Shown piece by piece: positions 41,901-55,520 of a DNA stretch of 64,000 nt. Every line of letters begins with the position of its first letter. Within the stretch, counting starts at the first letter, position 1. The notes beneath the pieces were generated by a model, which did no database searches, had not been told where the DNA came from, and saw nothing but the letters and a program-made list of their open reading frames with translations. The position numbers and the translations under genes were made by a program. Source of the stretch: the human T2T-CHM13v2.0 reference genome, Homo sapiens; NCBI RefSeq assembly GCF_009914755.1, contig NC_060945.1, one strand, 5' to 3'.

Positions 41901-43309
41901 TGAAGGCAGATCACCTGGGTACCAACTATAGCTGTGGAACCTTGGGCATGTTGCTCAATCTCTCTGTGCCTCAGTTTCCTCATTTATAAAGGGAAGGTCA
42001 GTTTGGTGCTCATTTGACTCTCCTCCCAAATTTCTTGTCATGAGTCTTGTGCTCCTGGACTTATCTGTTGGGTAAATAGGTCCTTATTCTCAGTGGTACC
42101 TGAACACCTATCCTATACTTTTCTGAGACTGGCCATAATTTCTTACCCCAAACCACTGGGGCCAGATCTGTCTCATAGTCAGAAATTTTCAGATTTTGTA
42201 AAGAAAATACATACACTACGCATTGTGAAATATTCCCAGGGGCAGCTAGGGCAGCATGTTGAGAACATTTATATTCCTACAGCGAAGGTGGGAATATTAA
42301 CGCTGTTAGATTATATGGGGACTACACAAAAGCCCAAGGTTGGTTCAGGTCAAGTCTGGCCACCAACTGACCTTTATCTGCAATTCTGAAATCCACAGAA
42401 AACTCTGAAAACTGAAAGTGCACATAAGGGATTGTGAAGCTGTATTTATACTTTCCAGAGGATATTTTCTCTCTAACACTTTTCCCCACCTACATACAAA
42501 AATAGAATGCCATTAAGAATATCAATAAACTCCTTTAAAATACTTCTATAGGCATTTTTACTTAGTTATTAAGAAGGCAGAATGTGAGACATATTTGGAT
42601 GTGTTGCTATTAGTAATTAAATAATAGCAGAGTCCAGTAGTTTAATAAATAAATCTTTTCAAGAAAAAAAGATCTATGAAAGGAGATAATTTGAAGTGAG
42701 AAAATTAAAAGTAATCTGGAAACTTCCTTTATTGTAAGTTTCAGGTCCAAATAAGATTAAACTGGAGGACTTAATTTATGTTCCAGAAATAATCAATGGC
42801 CCAGTTATTCAGGCATAGAGTTTCCAAACTATGTGTTATGGAAGCTGTTAAGATATCGAATTGGGACATATTTATATTCATTAATTCTTTTCTTAAATAG
42901 AGGAAAGTAGAAAATTAGTCACATTTTGTTTCCTTGTTGGCAGCTCCAGCAAAAGTGCCTGCTCTTGAGGTCAATAATGAGGTTGCAACTAATGTATTAA
43001 ATTAGTTTTTTTGATTAAATCATGAAGTTGGTGCCCTTGATCCTTTGATACCCATTAGCAATCGTAAATTAGTTATTTAAGACATGGCAAGTATAAAATT
43101 TACAGCATTATTTACTTTGTAATTAATAAAAAGAAACAATAAACAAATAGTAACTTTCCTGCATATAAATAATTGGCTCAGTCAACTGCTGGAAAGTGAG
43201 AAGCTATTAATTTGAAAAATCTGGCATCATTAAAACCTTGAAAAAATTTCAGGGAATGTATTTTTTTTAAAACAACGCCTTGCAAGGTTTGCACATTTTC
43301 CTCTCTCCT

Positions 43310-44725
43310 TTTAAACTTTTATTTTAAAATAATTATAAATTCACGGGAAGTGTAAAAAGAGTACAGAGAGAGCTCACGTACCCTTCACCCAGTTTCCCCA
43401 GATGGTTACATCTTAAGTAACAATGGCACAACATGAAAAGCAGGAAATTGACATTACTATAAGGTGTATTTATAGTTCCATGTCATCTGAACACATGCAC
43501 AGAGTCATATAACCACTACAGCAAGCAAGATACAAAACTATTCCATCATCACAAAATATTTCCCTTTCGCTATTACTTTGCTTTATGGTCATATCCAACA
43601 TGCCTTCTCTCTGCCATCAATAACCCCGGGTATCAGCAATCTGTTCTCCGTTTCTGTAATTTAGTCATTTCAAGAAGATTATACAAATGGAATCATACAG
43701 CATGTGAGTTTTGGAGATAGTCTTTTTTCCCTCAGCGTAATGCCTTTGGAATCCATTCCAGTTTCTGCATGTATCAGTAGTTCATTCCTAGATGAGCAAG
43801 CAGTCCATAATATGGCTATAACACACTTTGTTTAACCATTATTTATTGTAGGGCATTTTGGTTTGACAAATAAAGTTGCTATAAACAATCATGTACAGAT
43901 TTTTGTGTGGACATAAGTATTCATTTCTCTGCAATAAATGCCCAGAAGTGCAATTACTGGGATGTACGATAAATGTATGTTTGAGTTTTAAAGAAACTTC
44001 CAAGTTATTTACATTCCTACCAGCAAGGTATGAGAGATCCTCTCTGCGTCCTTGCCAGTATCTAGTTTTATAATCTGTTTTTTAGCTGTTTTAACGGATA
44101 AAGCATTAAGTGTAGTGGTATTTCATCATGGCCTTAATTTGCATTCCCGTAATGGCTAGCAAGGTTGAACATGTTTTCGAAAGCTTATTTGCCATTCATC
44201 TTCTTCAGTGAAATGTCCACCTGAGTCTTTTGCCCATATTCTAATTGGATTGCTTGGTTATTTTACTGTTGAGTTTTTGAGAATTATTTGAGTCCTTTAC
44301 AAAATATGTAGTTTGCGAATATTTTTACTGGTCTGTAGCACATCTTTTCATTCTCCCAACAGGGTCGTTCACAGAACAAAAGTTTTTAAATAAAGTCCAA
44401 TCTATCATTTTTTTTCTTTTATGGATTGTGCTTTGGGGTCATACGTGGGAACTTTTCATGAAGCCCTAGGTCCTGAAGACTTTCTCCTATGCTTCTTTCT
44501 AAAAGACTGATTATTTTACATTTGATATTTAAACCTATGATCTGTTTTTGTTTAATTTCTGTACGAGGTATTAGATTTAGGTTGAGGTTCATTATTACCA
44601 GATTATTTTGCCTGTGGATAGCCAGCTACTTCAGTACCATTTATTAAAAGCATTCCTCATCCCCCCATCGCATTGCTTTTGCACCTTTGTCAAAAATCAG
44701 TTGGCCTGTGCAGGACTGTTTCTAG
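43310..44725 (-). mobile_element. L1MC/L1MD-type 3' region
   Basis: aattataaattcacgggaag...gtacccttcacccagtttcccc...cacctttgtcaaaaatcagttggcc. Confidence 0.8.
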
Positions 44726-46356
44726 GTTCTAATTTAGCTAATTTTTTTTTCTTTTTTTGCAAAATGAGATTTTATAATCAAGATATTAAATGTATCTATG
44801 GTGGCTGAAATAATATGAAACTGTCTTTTATAACAAAGCTCAGAGATAATATATTTTATTCCATAAATCGCTTTTCATGAGTAAAAAAAGATTCTGATAA
44901 TGTTGCCATGTTGCAGTAACACTTTTAGGCTTAGCACTGCTATACAGCAGCTTACTAGTTATCTTGATGTGGTTTTACTATTAATATTAAATAATATTTA
45001 AGGAAAATAGCAGATATGAAAAGTACGCCAGAGTAATATTTATCTTCTTCTCGGATACGACCCAATTTACAAATGCATTTTATAAAACTATAAATCAAAG
45101 GGCTTATGAATATTCTATGTAATAATTTAGTAACAGCAGTCCCAATAAAGTAGAAAAATTAAAAAGGCCATGCGGATATTTGATATCTATATTTGATACC
45201 ACACGGATATTTTACACCTATACAAAAAGTGGGGAAAATTCTAGAATATTTTTGTTAGGATAAACTTCCATATGGAAATAAGAGTTTGAAATAAAATACC
45301 TTTACCTTTGAAATAAGTCAAAGGTAAAAGTATCAGAAGAGAGAGTTCTCTGGAAAAAGTAACCATAGCTTCAAAAGAATAAACTTAAAGTAGGTTTATT
45401 TCTTATTAAAATAAAAAAATTATAAGTGAAGCTAAAGCATTTTTATCTTTTGTTAAAGAAGGTAATATTTAGTCGACTTATTTATTTGTGATGATACACA
45501 TGAGATGAATTAAGCAATGATAAAAATCCTATTCCTACTACAGCGCTGAAAGTCGACTACATACATGAGAATAAATCTTGGCAAAATTCTATATCAGATC
45601 ATCCTACTTCCTCAATAATTCATTCTTTTGGCCAATTCATTAAAATACTGTAATACCCTTGAATACAATGTTTTATTATAAATCATTGGCAATTTTAGTA
45701 ACACTTTGACTTGCTTAACTTAAAAATAATGCATTTTCTTCTCTGTTGCTTAAATAAATACAGAAAATAATAGAAAAACAAACTCAATGGAGTATCATTT
45801 TCAATATTAACAGTATTTACTTATATTAATCGTAGGATCTCAGAACTATCTCTATTTCTATTTTTATCTCTATGAGTCTGGTTACATGTACATCTATGTA
45901 TACGTGTATCAGATAAGAAAACCATAATATCGAATAGTTAAATTGTTATTAAATATTGTTACTACTCCAAGTGTAAAATGCTTAGGAGGGTAGGAAGACC
46001 AATCCATGTAATTTTTCCAGTAAGTCTACATTACTTGCAAAAAAAAAAAAATCTGTAAAATCCAAATATGCTAATAATGTTTATTTTGCTTTTTTTTTTC
46101 TTTCATTCTGGTGACTCCCCTTAATAACTTCACTCAATATATCCTCTTTCTTGGGGCTTTATAGATAACTTCTTTCTGTTAGCCTCATGATAATAAAACT
46201 GGAAACTAATATCTCTTTGAATGAATAAATTTACGTGATTTATTGACTCAAGCCCCATGACAGAGACAATTGTGTAACCCAATATTCATTTTCTACATTT
46301 TCCTTGATAAAAGAAGTCTGAGGGTTGACTAAAATAAAGACTACATCTTCCCCTAC

Positions 46357-46670
46357 TTCCTTCCTTCCTTCCTTCCTTCCTTCCTTCCTTCCTTCCTTCC
46401 TTCCAGACAAGGTCTAACTGCGTCACCCAGGCTGGAGTGCAGTGACTCACTGAAGTCTCAACCTCTGGGCTCAAGTGATTCTCCCACCTCAGCCTCCCTA
46501 GTAGCTGGCACTATGGGCACACGTCACCATTACCAGCTAATTTTGTAATTTTTGTAGAGACAGGATTTCGCTATGTTGCCAGGCTGGTCTCCAACTCCTG
46601 AGGTAAAGCAATCTGCCTGCCTCAGCCTCCCAAAGTGCTGGGATTACAGGCATGAGCCACCATGCCTGGC
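46357..46670 (-). mobile_element. AluJ whose tail is a (GGAA)12 microsatellite
   Basis: (TTCC)12 at 46357-46404 then Alu body; TSD actacatcttcc at 46340-46351 and 46675-46686. Confidence 0.9.
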
Positions 46671-48140
46671 GAGTACTACATCTTCCAGGTAGCCTTAAAG
46701 CTAGTGTTTTGTTTTGTTTTGTTTTTTACATGTTGAGTTTTGGAAAATAAGTTGTAATAAAATATTTTGTGTCAATTCTCAGGAAACCTCCTTAAAAGAT
46801 GGCTGGAATGGGATTTTTCTCCCATTTTCTGTCTTACCTTCCTTTCAGCTTTCTGAAATAGGAGTGTAATGGCTGAGCTCTAGTCTCCAAGGTGGACCAT
46901 GAAGACAAGAGCCATATCCTAGGGATGGAAGAGGTATGAGTTTGATGGAGTTTGTATCCTTAATAACAACATGGAGATGCTGTATCAACTCCCATTTCCT
47001 TTGCACGAGAAACAAACTAGTTTAAAAAAAATTATTAAAGTCTCTGTTATTCTAGTTTGAGTGTGAATGTATGTGTGTGTGATATGCTACCCAACCTAAT
47101 CTTACCTAATACAATTCCTTTGCCAAAATTGCTATATAGTTTAAACAAAAACAAATATTTAATGTGGAAATGGCAGTTTTAAGGAACATACAGGTACTCT
47201 GGGATCCTGTAGAAAAGTTCTAAAAAAGCATATCAGAACCAGGAAAGCAAGAGACTGCATTCAATTTCATTAATTGGGATTGTTCCTCATATCTTACGTA
47301 GAATTAAACTTTATGGCTCAGTGAGAGATCTTTAAGAAATCTATACATTACTTCGATGTCAAAGTAGTATACAAAATGAGAATAAAAAGTGCTCTTGAAT
47401 ATGTTGTAGATTGTAGGGTGATCTACAGAATAACACTTTATCACTAGAGTTCAATGGTAAATGCTTTGATTGATGAACAAAAAGTACCCTTTAAGAACTG
47501 CCTGGTTAGCATTTATTTGCACTGACTGAATTATCTGAACAAGTGCCAAATTCTTACATGATTTTGTGCCAATATAGATTTAATGAGAGTCAAATACATA
47601 TGATTCAAAAATGGTCATATTAAAAAAATCAAACACGATTTTTCAGTTTTCTGTAAGGTTTTATATACATGCACATACATATTGTTTTATGTATGTATAA
47701 TATATATAATATAAGATATATATTTAACTGTGTGGATACCAAATGTCATCATTTGGTTAGTTGTCAGTACAGCTTTGAGACTGCACAACACAGCATACTA
47801 TATGTCAAAATCTAAATGCAGTAAATCATAGTTACAGAAGTTTCTAGAACATTTTAATGCTATGTACATGAAAGTGATTCATTTAACTGTTTAACACCAA
47901 TATTTGGAAAAGCAGTATTGACTCAGTAGTACTGAAACAGGTATAATTGTATCCCCAGTAACAACATGGAGATGCTATATCAACTCCTGTTCCCTTTACA
48001 TGAGGGAGAAACAAACTCGTTTTTGAAAAACAAAACACCTTAGATGTTTGATTTATCCCTCAGTCATTTTGCCTACAATTCTAACTGACTACCACTAGAT
48101 AGCGACATTCACGACTTCACTCATTAAGTATATATTGAGC

Positions 48141-48462
<322 letters not shown>

Positions 48463-51400
48463 CTAGCACTATTCTGGGTACTACGATACAAAGTTGGATG
48501 ATACATAATACTTGACTTTAAAGATTTTAGAGCCATGTACTAGATAGTAAACAAAGAGATTTTGAAGGTCAACTATCTCCAGGCATAGAAGACTATGACA
48601 AGACAACAATGAAATAATTTGGTCATACTCAGCAAAAGAGAATTGTTTTTCTTTTTAAAGTATAAATATAATACACTAGAGAGAATAGTAGTAATTTCTT
48701 AATGCTATTTCTTGGTTACATGTAACAGATTTTTGAATCAGAGAGTACTTTTGGGACATTGACCACAACTCACGTGTTTTGAAGGTAAGAAAACCAAATA
48801 TGTGAGGACCTAAAATAAAATAGTTGCCAAAGTTCTTCCAGCTAGTTTTGTGGTAGAGTTCAAACTGGAGCTTGGCAGTCCTAATTTCCACCACGGAGCT
48901 GAGTAGATTGCAATGGCCTGCCTTGCTCTCATTTTCTCATCCACTCAACAAATGCTATGGTGTATCTTCTTTGTGCCAGACACTCTACTAAGCACTAGGC
49001 ATGTAAAGATGAAAAAATTCTACTTGGGAAGTAGAGAAAGAGAGGAGAAAAGAATTCCTGGAATGTCTGTGAAATTTAAGCTCTAAGACCTGATGACTGA
49101 TCCAACGGGGGAGTGAGTGAAAGGCAAGAGTGTAGAATGCTTTCCCTATGGGTGATTGCATTCTGCCACACAATACAGTCTATCAAAATGTGTTGAAAAG
49201 AAAAATATGAAACATGGAATTATAAACTAGAGTCCAATAGATACAGCTACTGCACACAGGCTTTCCTGCTTTTCTCATTCCAAGCCTAAAAAATCTTCAA
49301 TTACTTCCAGATACAATACTCTCATTTATAATGCATTGGCATGGTTCACCCTTTTGAAGTAACCTTTGCTGAAACTTCCCACTGAGCTAATTATCTTAAC
49401 TTGCTTATGGTGATTACTTTAGACAGGACTTTCTTCTTTTTCTTTCTGTACCTTTTTGTCATGCTTTGAGTGGAAATAAAAACTCACAAACTGGTTTTTT
49501 AATAGTGACTACAAGGATTTCTATTGAAAGTCCATTTGTTGAGATTTAAGTCCTGAGAGCATATAAGACTTAAAAGATTGAATGCGATATGAAAATTCAG
49601 AGCTAATACTCTTTCCTTTCCATTGACTCGAAGATGGAGAGTTTCAAATAAATATGGAGGCTCACACAGTCAATGACCTGGCAGAACAGCATCTGCTTTT
49701 TGGGGGCAGCTGGATATTTAAAGATTTAATAAGGATTAAATATTTAAAGATTCTAATAAAACTCATGTTGATATTGGAGATTGTAAACCTTTCCAAAGTA
49801 ACTGCTGAAGGAGGTAATAAACTCTGATGGCAAGTAGACTCCAGACAATGAGTCCACGTGCCTAACCCAGTGTCTTCTCCTGTGGCTCTACTGATTGCTT
49901 TTGTCTACACATTACAAGCTGGCCTGCCCACCCAGGCCACTGTGATCCTTTGCCTGGGCCCTCGCAAGTTCCCATTCTCTGTTGAGACAAGCCTGTGACT
50001 GATCGCTGTCTGCTGGGGAGATCTCCTGTTCTAGGGCTGTCAGTGATTTGCCTGGTTCTGACATTTATTATCTGCACACAACTCTCACAAGCCTGAGGCT
50101 GCCCAGACTCAACAGCTCCTGCCCAGTCACACCTCCTCAAATGTCTTGCTCACAACCTTACCTGTGTCAGCCTGATGTGATTGATTGGAGCTGTCATACT
50201 TTGGCTTCCTCTTAGGGTCTAGCTTCGTGCGCATTAAAATTCACAAGCAACCTATTTTCATCATAGCATCAATATCATTCTCTTTCACTATAGATGCTGC
50301 TAATACACAGCTCCAAATAGTTTCTGAGTTTTATGTCTATCCATTAGATCTCAATCTCATCTTATTCCAGTATATACAATCCCAGAGAAGGAACGTGATT
50401 GGCGTTGGGAACCTACCTTTGTATCAATTCACATGGCCAAGGCCAGAGATACTGTAATTGGCCTAGCTTTAATTAGATACCTGTCCTTAGACCTGCCATT
50501 TGTAACCACTGAGAAAGACATGAGGGAAATAGAGGTGCTCAGTTTAGTAGCAGAGGCAGGGGAATTGGCAAACAATGACACAGACATTCACACACACTGC
50601 AACTTTGTATGGTTGGCATTATTTGAATTCTAGGTTCAAGTTTGCACCTACAGATGTGAGCTAGAATTATAAAGAATGAATGACAGAGACAGATGCCCCC
50701 AAATCTCAGTTCCATTTATCTTTCATCTAAACATATAAGTGGTACCACAAAGTCAGAAACGTACCTTTGGGCATGTTTGCAGGAGTGAGGCTACGAAGAG
50801 TTCTAGTGGCCATCTGTTCTGGCAGATCATATTTCAAAAAAAAAAAATCTCAAGGTCGAAGAGAATAATAAATTATGCAGCATGAAACAATTTTAAATAT
50901 CTCTAGCCTACCTATGATGTTGGAAATTTAAGGGAGACTAAGACTGGGAAAGACACACGCATATGCATAGGATTAAACGCAAGTGGGGAAGTGCAAACTA
51001 GGTTCTATGAGATCAGAGAGGACGGCATCTATCACATATGTTAGCATGTGTGAGAGTGTGTGTGAGTAGAGATTGGTTGTGTGAGAGAGAGGTTGTGTGT
51101 ATATGTGTGTGTGTGAAAGGGTAACTTAGGGAGTTAACCCTTTCTGAATCCTAAAGGGTTGACGGGATTAGAGCAGAAGCACATTTCAGATCAAAAGAAC
51201 ACAGAAATGCCATAGGAATGTAATATATCATGATGTGCTTCAGGGACCATGAAAAGTTGACAGTTGCTGGAATAAAAAACAGAGAGGTAAGGCTGGAGAA
51301 TAAGCAGAGGTTTGGGTGGGGTCTTCTGGATAAGGAACGTCTTTAATAATACTGTAAAGAACTTGAACTTTTTATTGGAGTTCATGGGAAACAAATGAAA

Positions 51401-53479
51401 TGGTCTAAACATGGATACGTTTAAGGGTAACATGGAGAATGGATTTGATGGGTACCAGACTGTGTCCAGGCATTCTAATTAAAAGACTGTTGTAAATATC
51501 TGGACAAAAGATGGTAAAAGACTTAACTTGGCAATGGCAGTGGGACAGGAAAGAAGGTGGGGAGAAAAGAATTCAGGAAAAACATTGAAGGTAAAGTTAG
51601 TTGTGTCTTAAAGTTACCAAGTTCAAACTCCTAAAGGACTATTACAACTCTATCCTATTCCAAGTCACCCAAAGCTATTGGACACTCCTAATATTTAAAA
51701 GTAACTAAGTCTGGAGGAAGTTTATTCCACTGTGGAATAGCACCCTGAATGTGTGTGAAATTTTAAGGTAAATTTGGTATACTAGATCTCTTACTGTTCC
51801 CAGAGGAGTGACCTCTAGAAAGGGAAGTTTCTGACACCTTGTAGGAAAGAAGGGATGGATCAGGCCCAGAAAGGTATCACAAAGAGTGCAGGAGATAAAC
51901 TTTGCTTACTGTTGTTGCTTACTGGTCTGACTTTAACCACCTTTGTTTTCCAAAGATGAACATGTTTATAAAATGCATATCTACTCTTTAATACTGCATT
52001 ACATAAACTTTCAGCATAATGAGCATGCATAGATAGGAAGTTTGCTTTACTTGTATTATCAATGGACTCTTAACTGTCCTTCTCTGAAACTAATGTTCTT
52101 AAACTTCTGTTAAACATAAATTAAAAATAATAATCTTTTAGTTATTCTTAGATTGCTTCCTGCAGTCTGATCTTTCCATCCAGGTCTTTGTGCAGTTGGA
52201 ATCTAATTGGATCAGACAATGCCCGAGGTTCCCTCCAGCTCCCTAGTACCACAACTAATTAGCAGAAATTCTACTTTAATAATACAGTTGCTGCAGGTCA
52301 AGAAAGAAAAGCAAAGCAGAAATGGAAATCTCAGCTTAATGAACATTGAAAAAAGATTAGAAGTGAGTTAAATTTCGGTGTGATAATTAATTACAGTCCA
52401 ACAAGAACAAAATTCTATGAATATTGACTAGCTGTAATTAACCTATATTTATTCACACAATTATCTCCCCCAACATCACCTCCATTTCTGAGGGGGGAGA
52501 AAGACAATATCTTCTTTCAAGAATTCTTATGTATTGTCAAGATAAGCAACAATCTCAAGTCTGTGGAGATGTAATAATTATCAAGGTAATATTAAATATA
52601 TAAGTAATTATAGCTGCATGTACTCATTCATATTATCTAGCTAAATTTTAATTACTTGTTTCTAATTTGGAAAGATATACTTTTGTCTCAAAGACCTTGG
52701 CAAAAGATGGCTACACCAAGACGCAGTAGTTGGTGTGGAAGATATCTTCTGTGATTTTTTTTTTCCCCTTAAAAGAGTAACAGTTTCAGAATATTCTATG
52801 CTTGTATACACAAACTGGGACATCACATTGTGCCCCATAAATATATGTAATTACTATTTGTCAATTTTAAAAGGAGAAGAAAAGATTTAAAAATCAGATG
52901 TATTTTTAGAAGCAGTTACTATAATGTGTTTGAATGTTTAACTGTATTCTTTGAAATTCCCATAGACCAGGGTGCTACTTACTCTTGTAAGAGTAACGTG
53001 TTACAGGGAACTTACCAGAGAGAAGATTTATGCCAGGGTTGAGCCATCGGAGTGATGGTTCTTACACCACAACTTTGTTTCTTTTCTATGTCCCAGAAGT
53101 CAGAGAAACTGAATTCTGTTTCATGTACCAGGACAGGCAAAAGGAAAGAGGAACAACCTGAGAAATGACTGTTTTTCTACCAGAGGAGCAGAAAGTTAGT
53201 CAGTATAAGCTGTGTAGACTGGGAGAATTAGGCAACCTGCAGTTATTCACATAACTTATGTTGCCTATGTGGACAGGCGGAATAAGGAGAATTACAGTCT
53301 GGGTTATCACTTCAGATAGAGATTCTTCTGATCACATTAATGCAGATTGGGCAGAGAGTGGTAGATCTAACAGCAACAGGAATTAAAGGGGTAGTAATCT
53401 TTGGGTCCACAGATCCATCTAAATCAAGTGAGTGCTAGCAGCAAGCTTGCAACAGTTAGGGCTTGCCAAATATCTGCGC

Positions 53480-53905
53480 TAGGCTCTACATTTCCCAGCT
53501 TCCCACGCGTCTCAGAAGGGCCATGTGACTAACTTTTCCCAACAGACTTAAAGAAAGTGATGTTTACTTCCTGTCACTTCAGTAAAGTCACGTTTACTTC
53601 CTGTCACCTCCAACTGCATTGGAGGGTTGTCTAATTGGGCATTATGTGATCCAATTAGACTCCAACTGCACAAAGACCTGTTTCCACTTCACCCCTTGTG
53701 CTCCTGGAGCAGATCTGCGTGACTGGGAGCAAAGGATCCTGGGAGGGCCAGCCCACAATATGGAAGGAGGCGGAGTCACACAGCCGTGACTTGAGAGAGA
53801 GCCACACGGGTGAACTGTTGACGTGATCAAGAAATGAAAGTGTATTTGGCTAAGCCACGGAGATTTCAGGGTTTATTTGTTTCAGCAGCATAATCAACTT
53901 CACGA
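53480..53905 (+). mobile_element. Old MaLR LTR (MLT1H-J-like)
   Basis: catttcccagcttccc...ggccatgtgact...taagccacggagatttcagggtttatttgtttcagcagcata. Confidence 0.65.
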
Positions 53906-54154
53906 TTAAAAGAAGAGGATATGGATTCCAGAATCTTATTAAAATGGGATATCAAAGGGGTTTAAACTCAGGAAACAAAATGGAAGCACTACTGTGGTGA
54001 ATCCCTGGAAATACCACGTTAGTAGGCAGATGAAACTTCCAAGGACTTGGGCGTGGCTGTTAGGCTTCCCCAGTTATTTAGCTGAATGTGCAGAGCAGGG
54101 CACCGGATTTGGTAAAGAATTTGAGGGCCAAACCCATTTTGTCTTGGAGTGAAG

Positions 54155-54331
54155 GCTGTGATCCTCAACTCTGGCTTCAAGTTAGGTTTCAATTAAATCA
54201 CAAAAATGCTGATGTTTGGGCCTTAAGTCAAATCGGTTAAATCAGAATCTCTGGAGATGAGATCAAGATATTGTTATATTTTTAAAGTTACCCTAGTAGT
54301 GCTAATACGTAGCTAGATTGGGAATCCCTGA
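54155..54331. mobile_element. MER5A/B MITE
   Basis: aaaaatgctgatg...ttaaatcagaatctctggagatg...ttgggaatccctg. Confidence 0.6.
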
Positions 54332-55520
54332 GTTGATGTAACTAGAGGCAAATATTTTCACAAAGGGGTCTGAAGCTGCTTAAGAGCTTTGTCTCAATAG
54401 AAATTGGGTTAGGAAGCCTAGGACAGAGTCCAAAGGAAAGAAATATCAGCTAGATTCAGATATGTGGAACTGGAAAAGAAGAATATTTTAGCATCAATCT
54501 CTCAAGAAAAAAAGAGGTAATGACTTAAAGTACTTCCATCAACAGAGATTATATGAAAGAAATGCTGTTAATGAATATTGCTATTATTTTTTTCTCAGTC
54601 TACAAAATGCATTTAAAATATAGGAAGAAATCATGGATGTACAAAATGAATATTTAACATAGAATCATTTTTTTCTGGTAAATATACAAAACTAGTAAAC
54701 CTTAACAAGATGTTACAGAAATAGAGACACTGAACAATTGCTGGCAATCTTTTTTGTTTATATATAGCCATTGAAGGATATGTTTGATTATATGAAAATA
54801 GACAGGTCAGTGCATCCCAAATGGGGAGAATACTCTAGCAAGCTAGAAATTTCCAAATTTGTGTAGACCCGGATAAATAGAATATTTATTGATATTTATC
54901 CAATACTTATAGAATATTTATGCAATACCCTATTGCTGATCTAACCCACGTTCAGCAAGGAAGATCAGTTTCCCACCAGATGTGAGTGAATCTTAATGGA
55001 AAGGTATACATTAATTTCATTTAGTCATTTATAACTTTTATTCAAAAATTTTCTTTGTTTTTGGACCATTAACATCTAGTAGGATGACCAACTTGAAAAT
55101 ATCTTCTGGTAATGAAAGATATTTATTGAACAGTAACTTATTATTTAGTTTTAACAATTTAAAAAGGTTACCAAACAACACACAACTTTGCTATACCAAG
55201 TTGCACTTGTGCCAAAGTTTTAAAATTTTCTTTACTTGGAATCAGAGTCAACTTTCTTAGTAACTTTGGTCCTTAAAACATCCTCATATTTGGTCAGATT
55301 TAATTCGATAAGGGGCCCTTTCCTACTAATGTACGCTCAGCAGGAAATCCAGATCCTAAAAATTCCAGGGAACAACATCAATAACTTATTTTATAGAAAT
55401 AGTTTTGGATTATGCCAATCAATTCACCAGTCCATGATTTCAAAGATCGTTTCATCAATCTTGTATCATTCATGTCATAGAACATAAAATAAGCCCTTTA
55501 ACAAGAATTTGGATTTCATT

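Noticed and set aside
48090-48108. CTCF-like CCACTAGATAGCGAC
   Set aside because: Mismatch at a normally invariant G of the core; cannot be supported without ChIP data.
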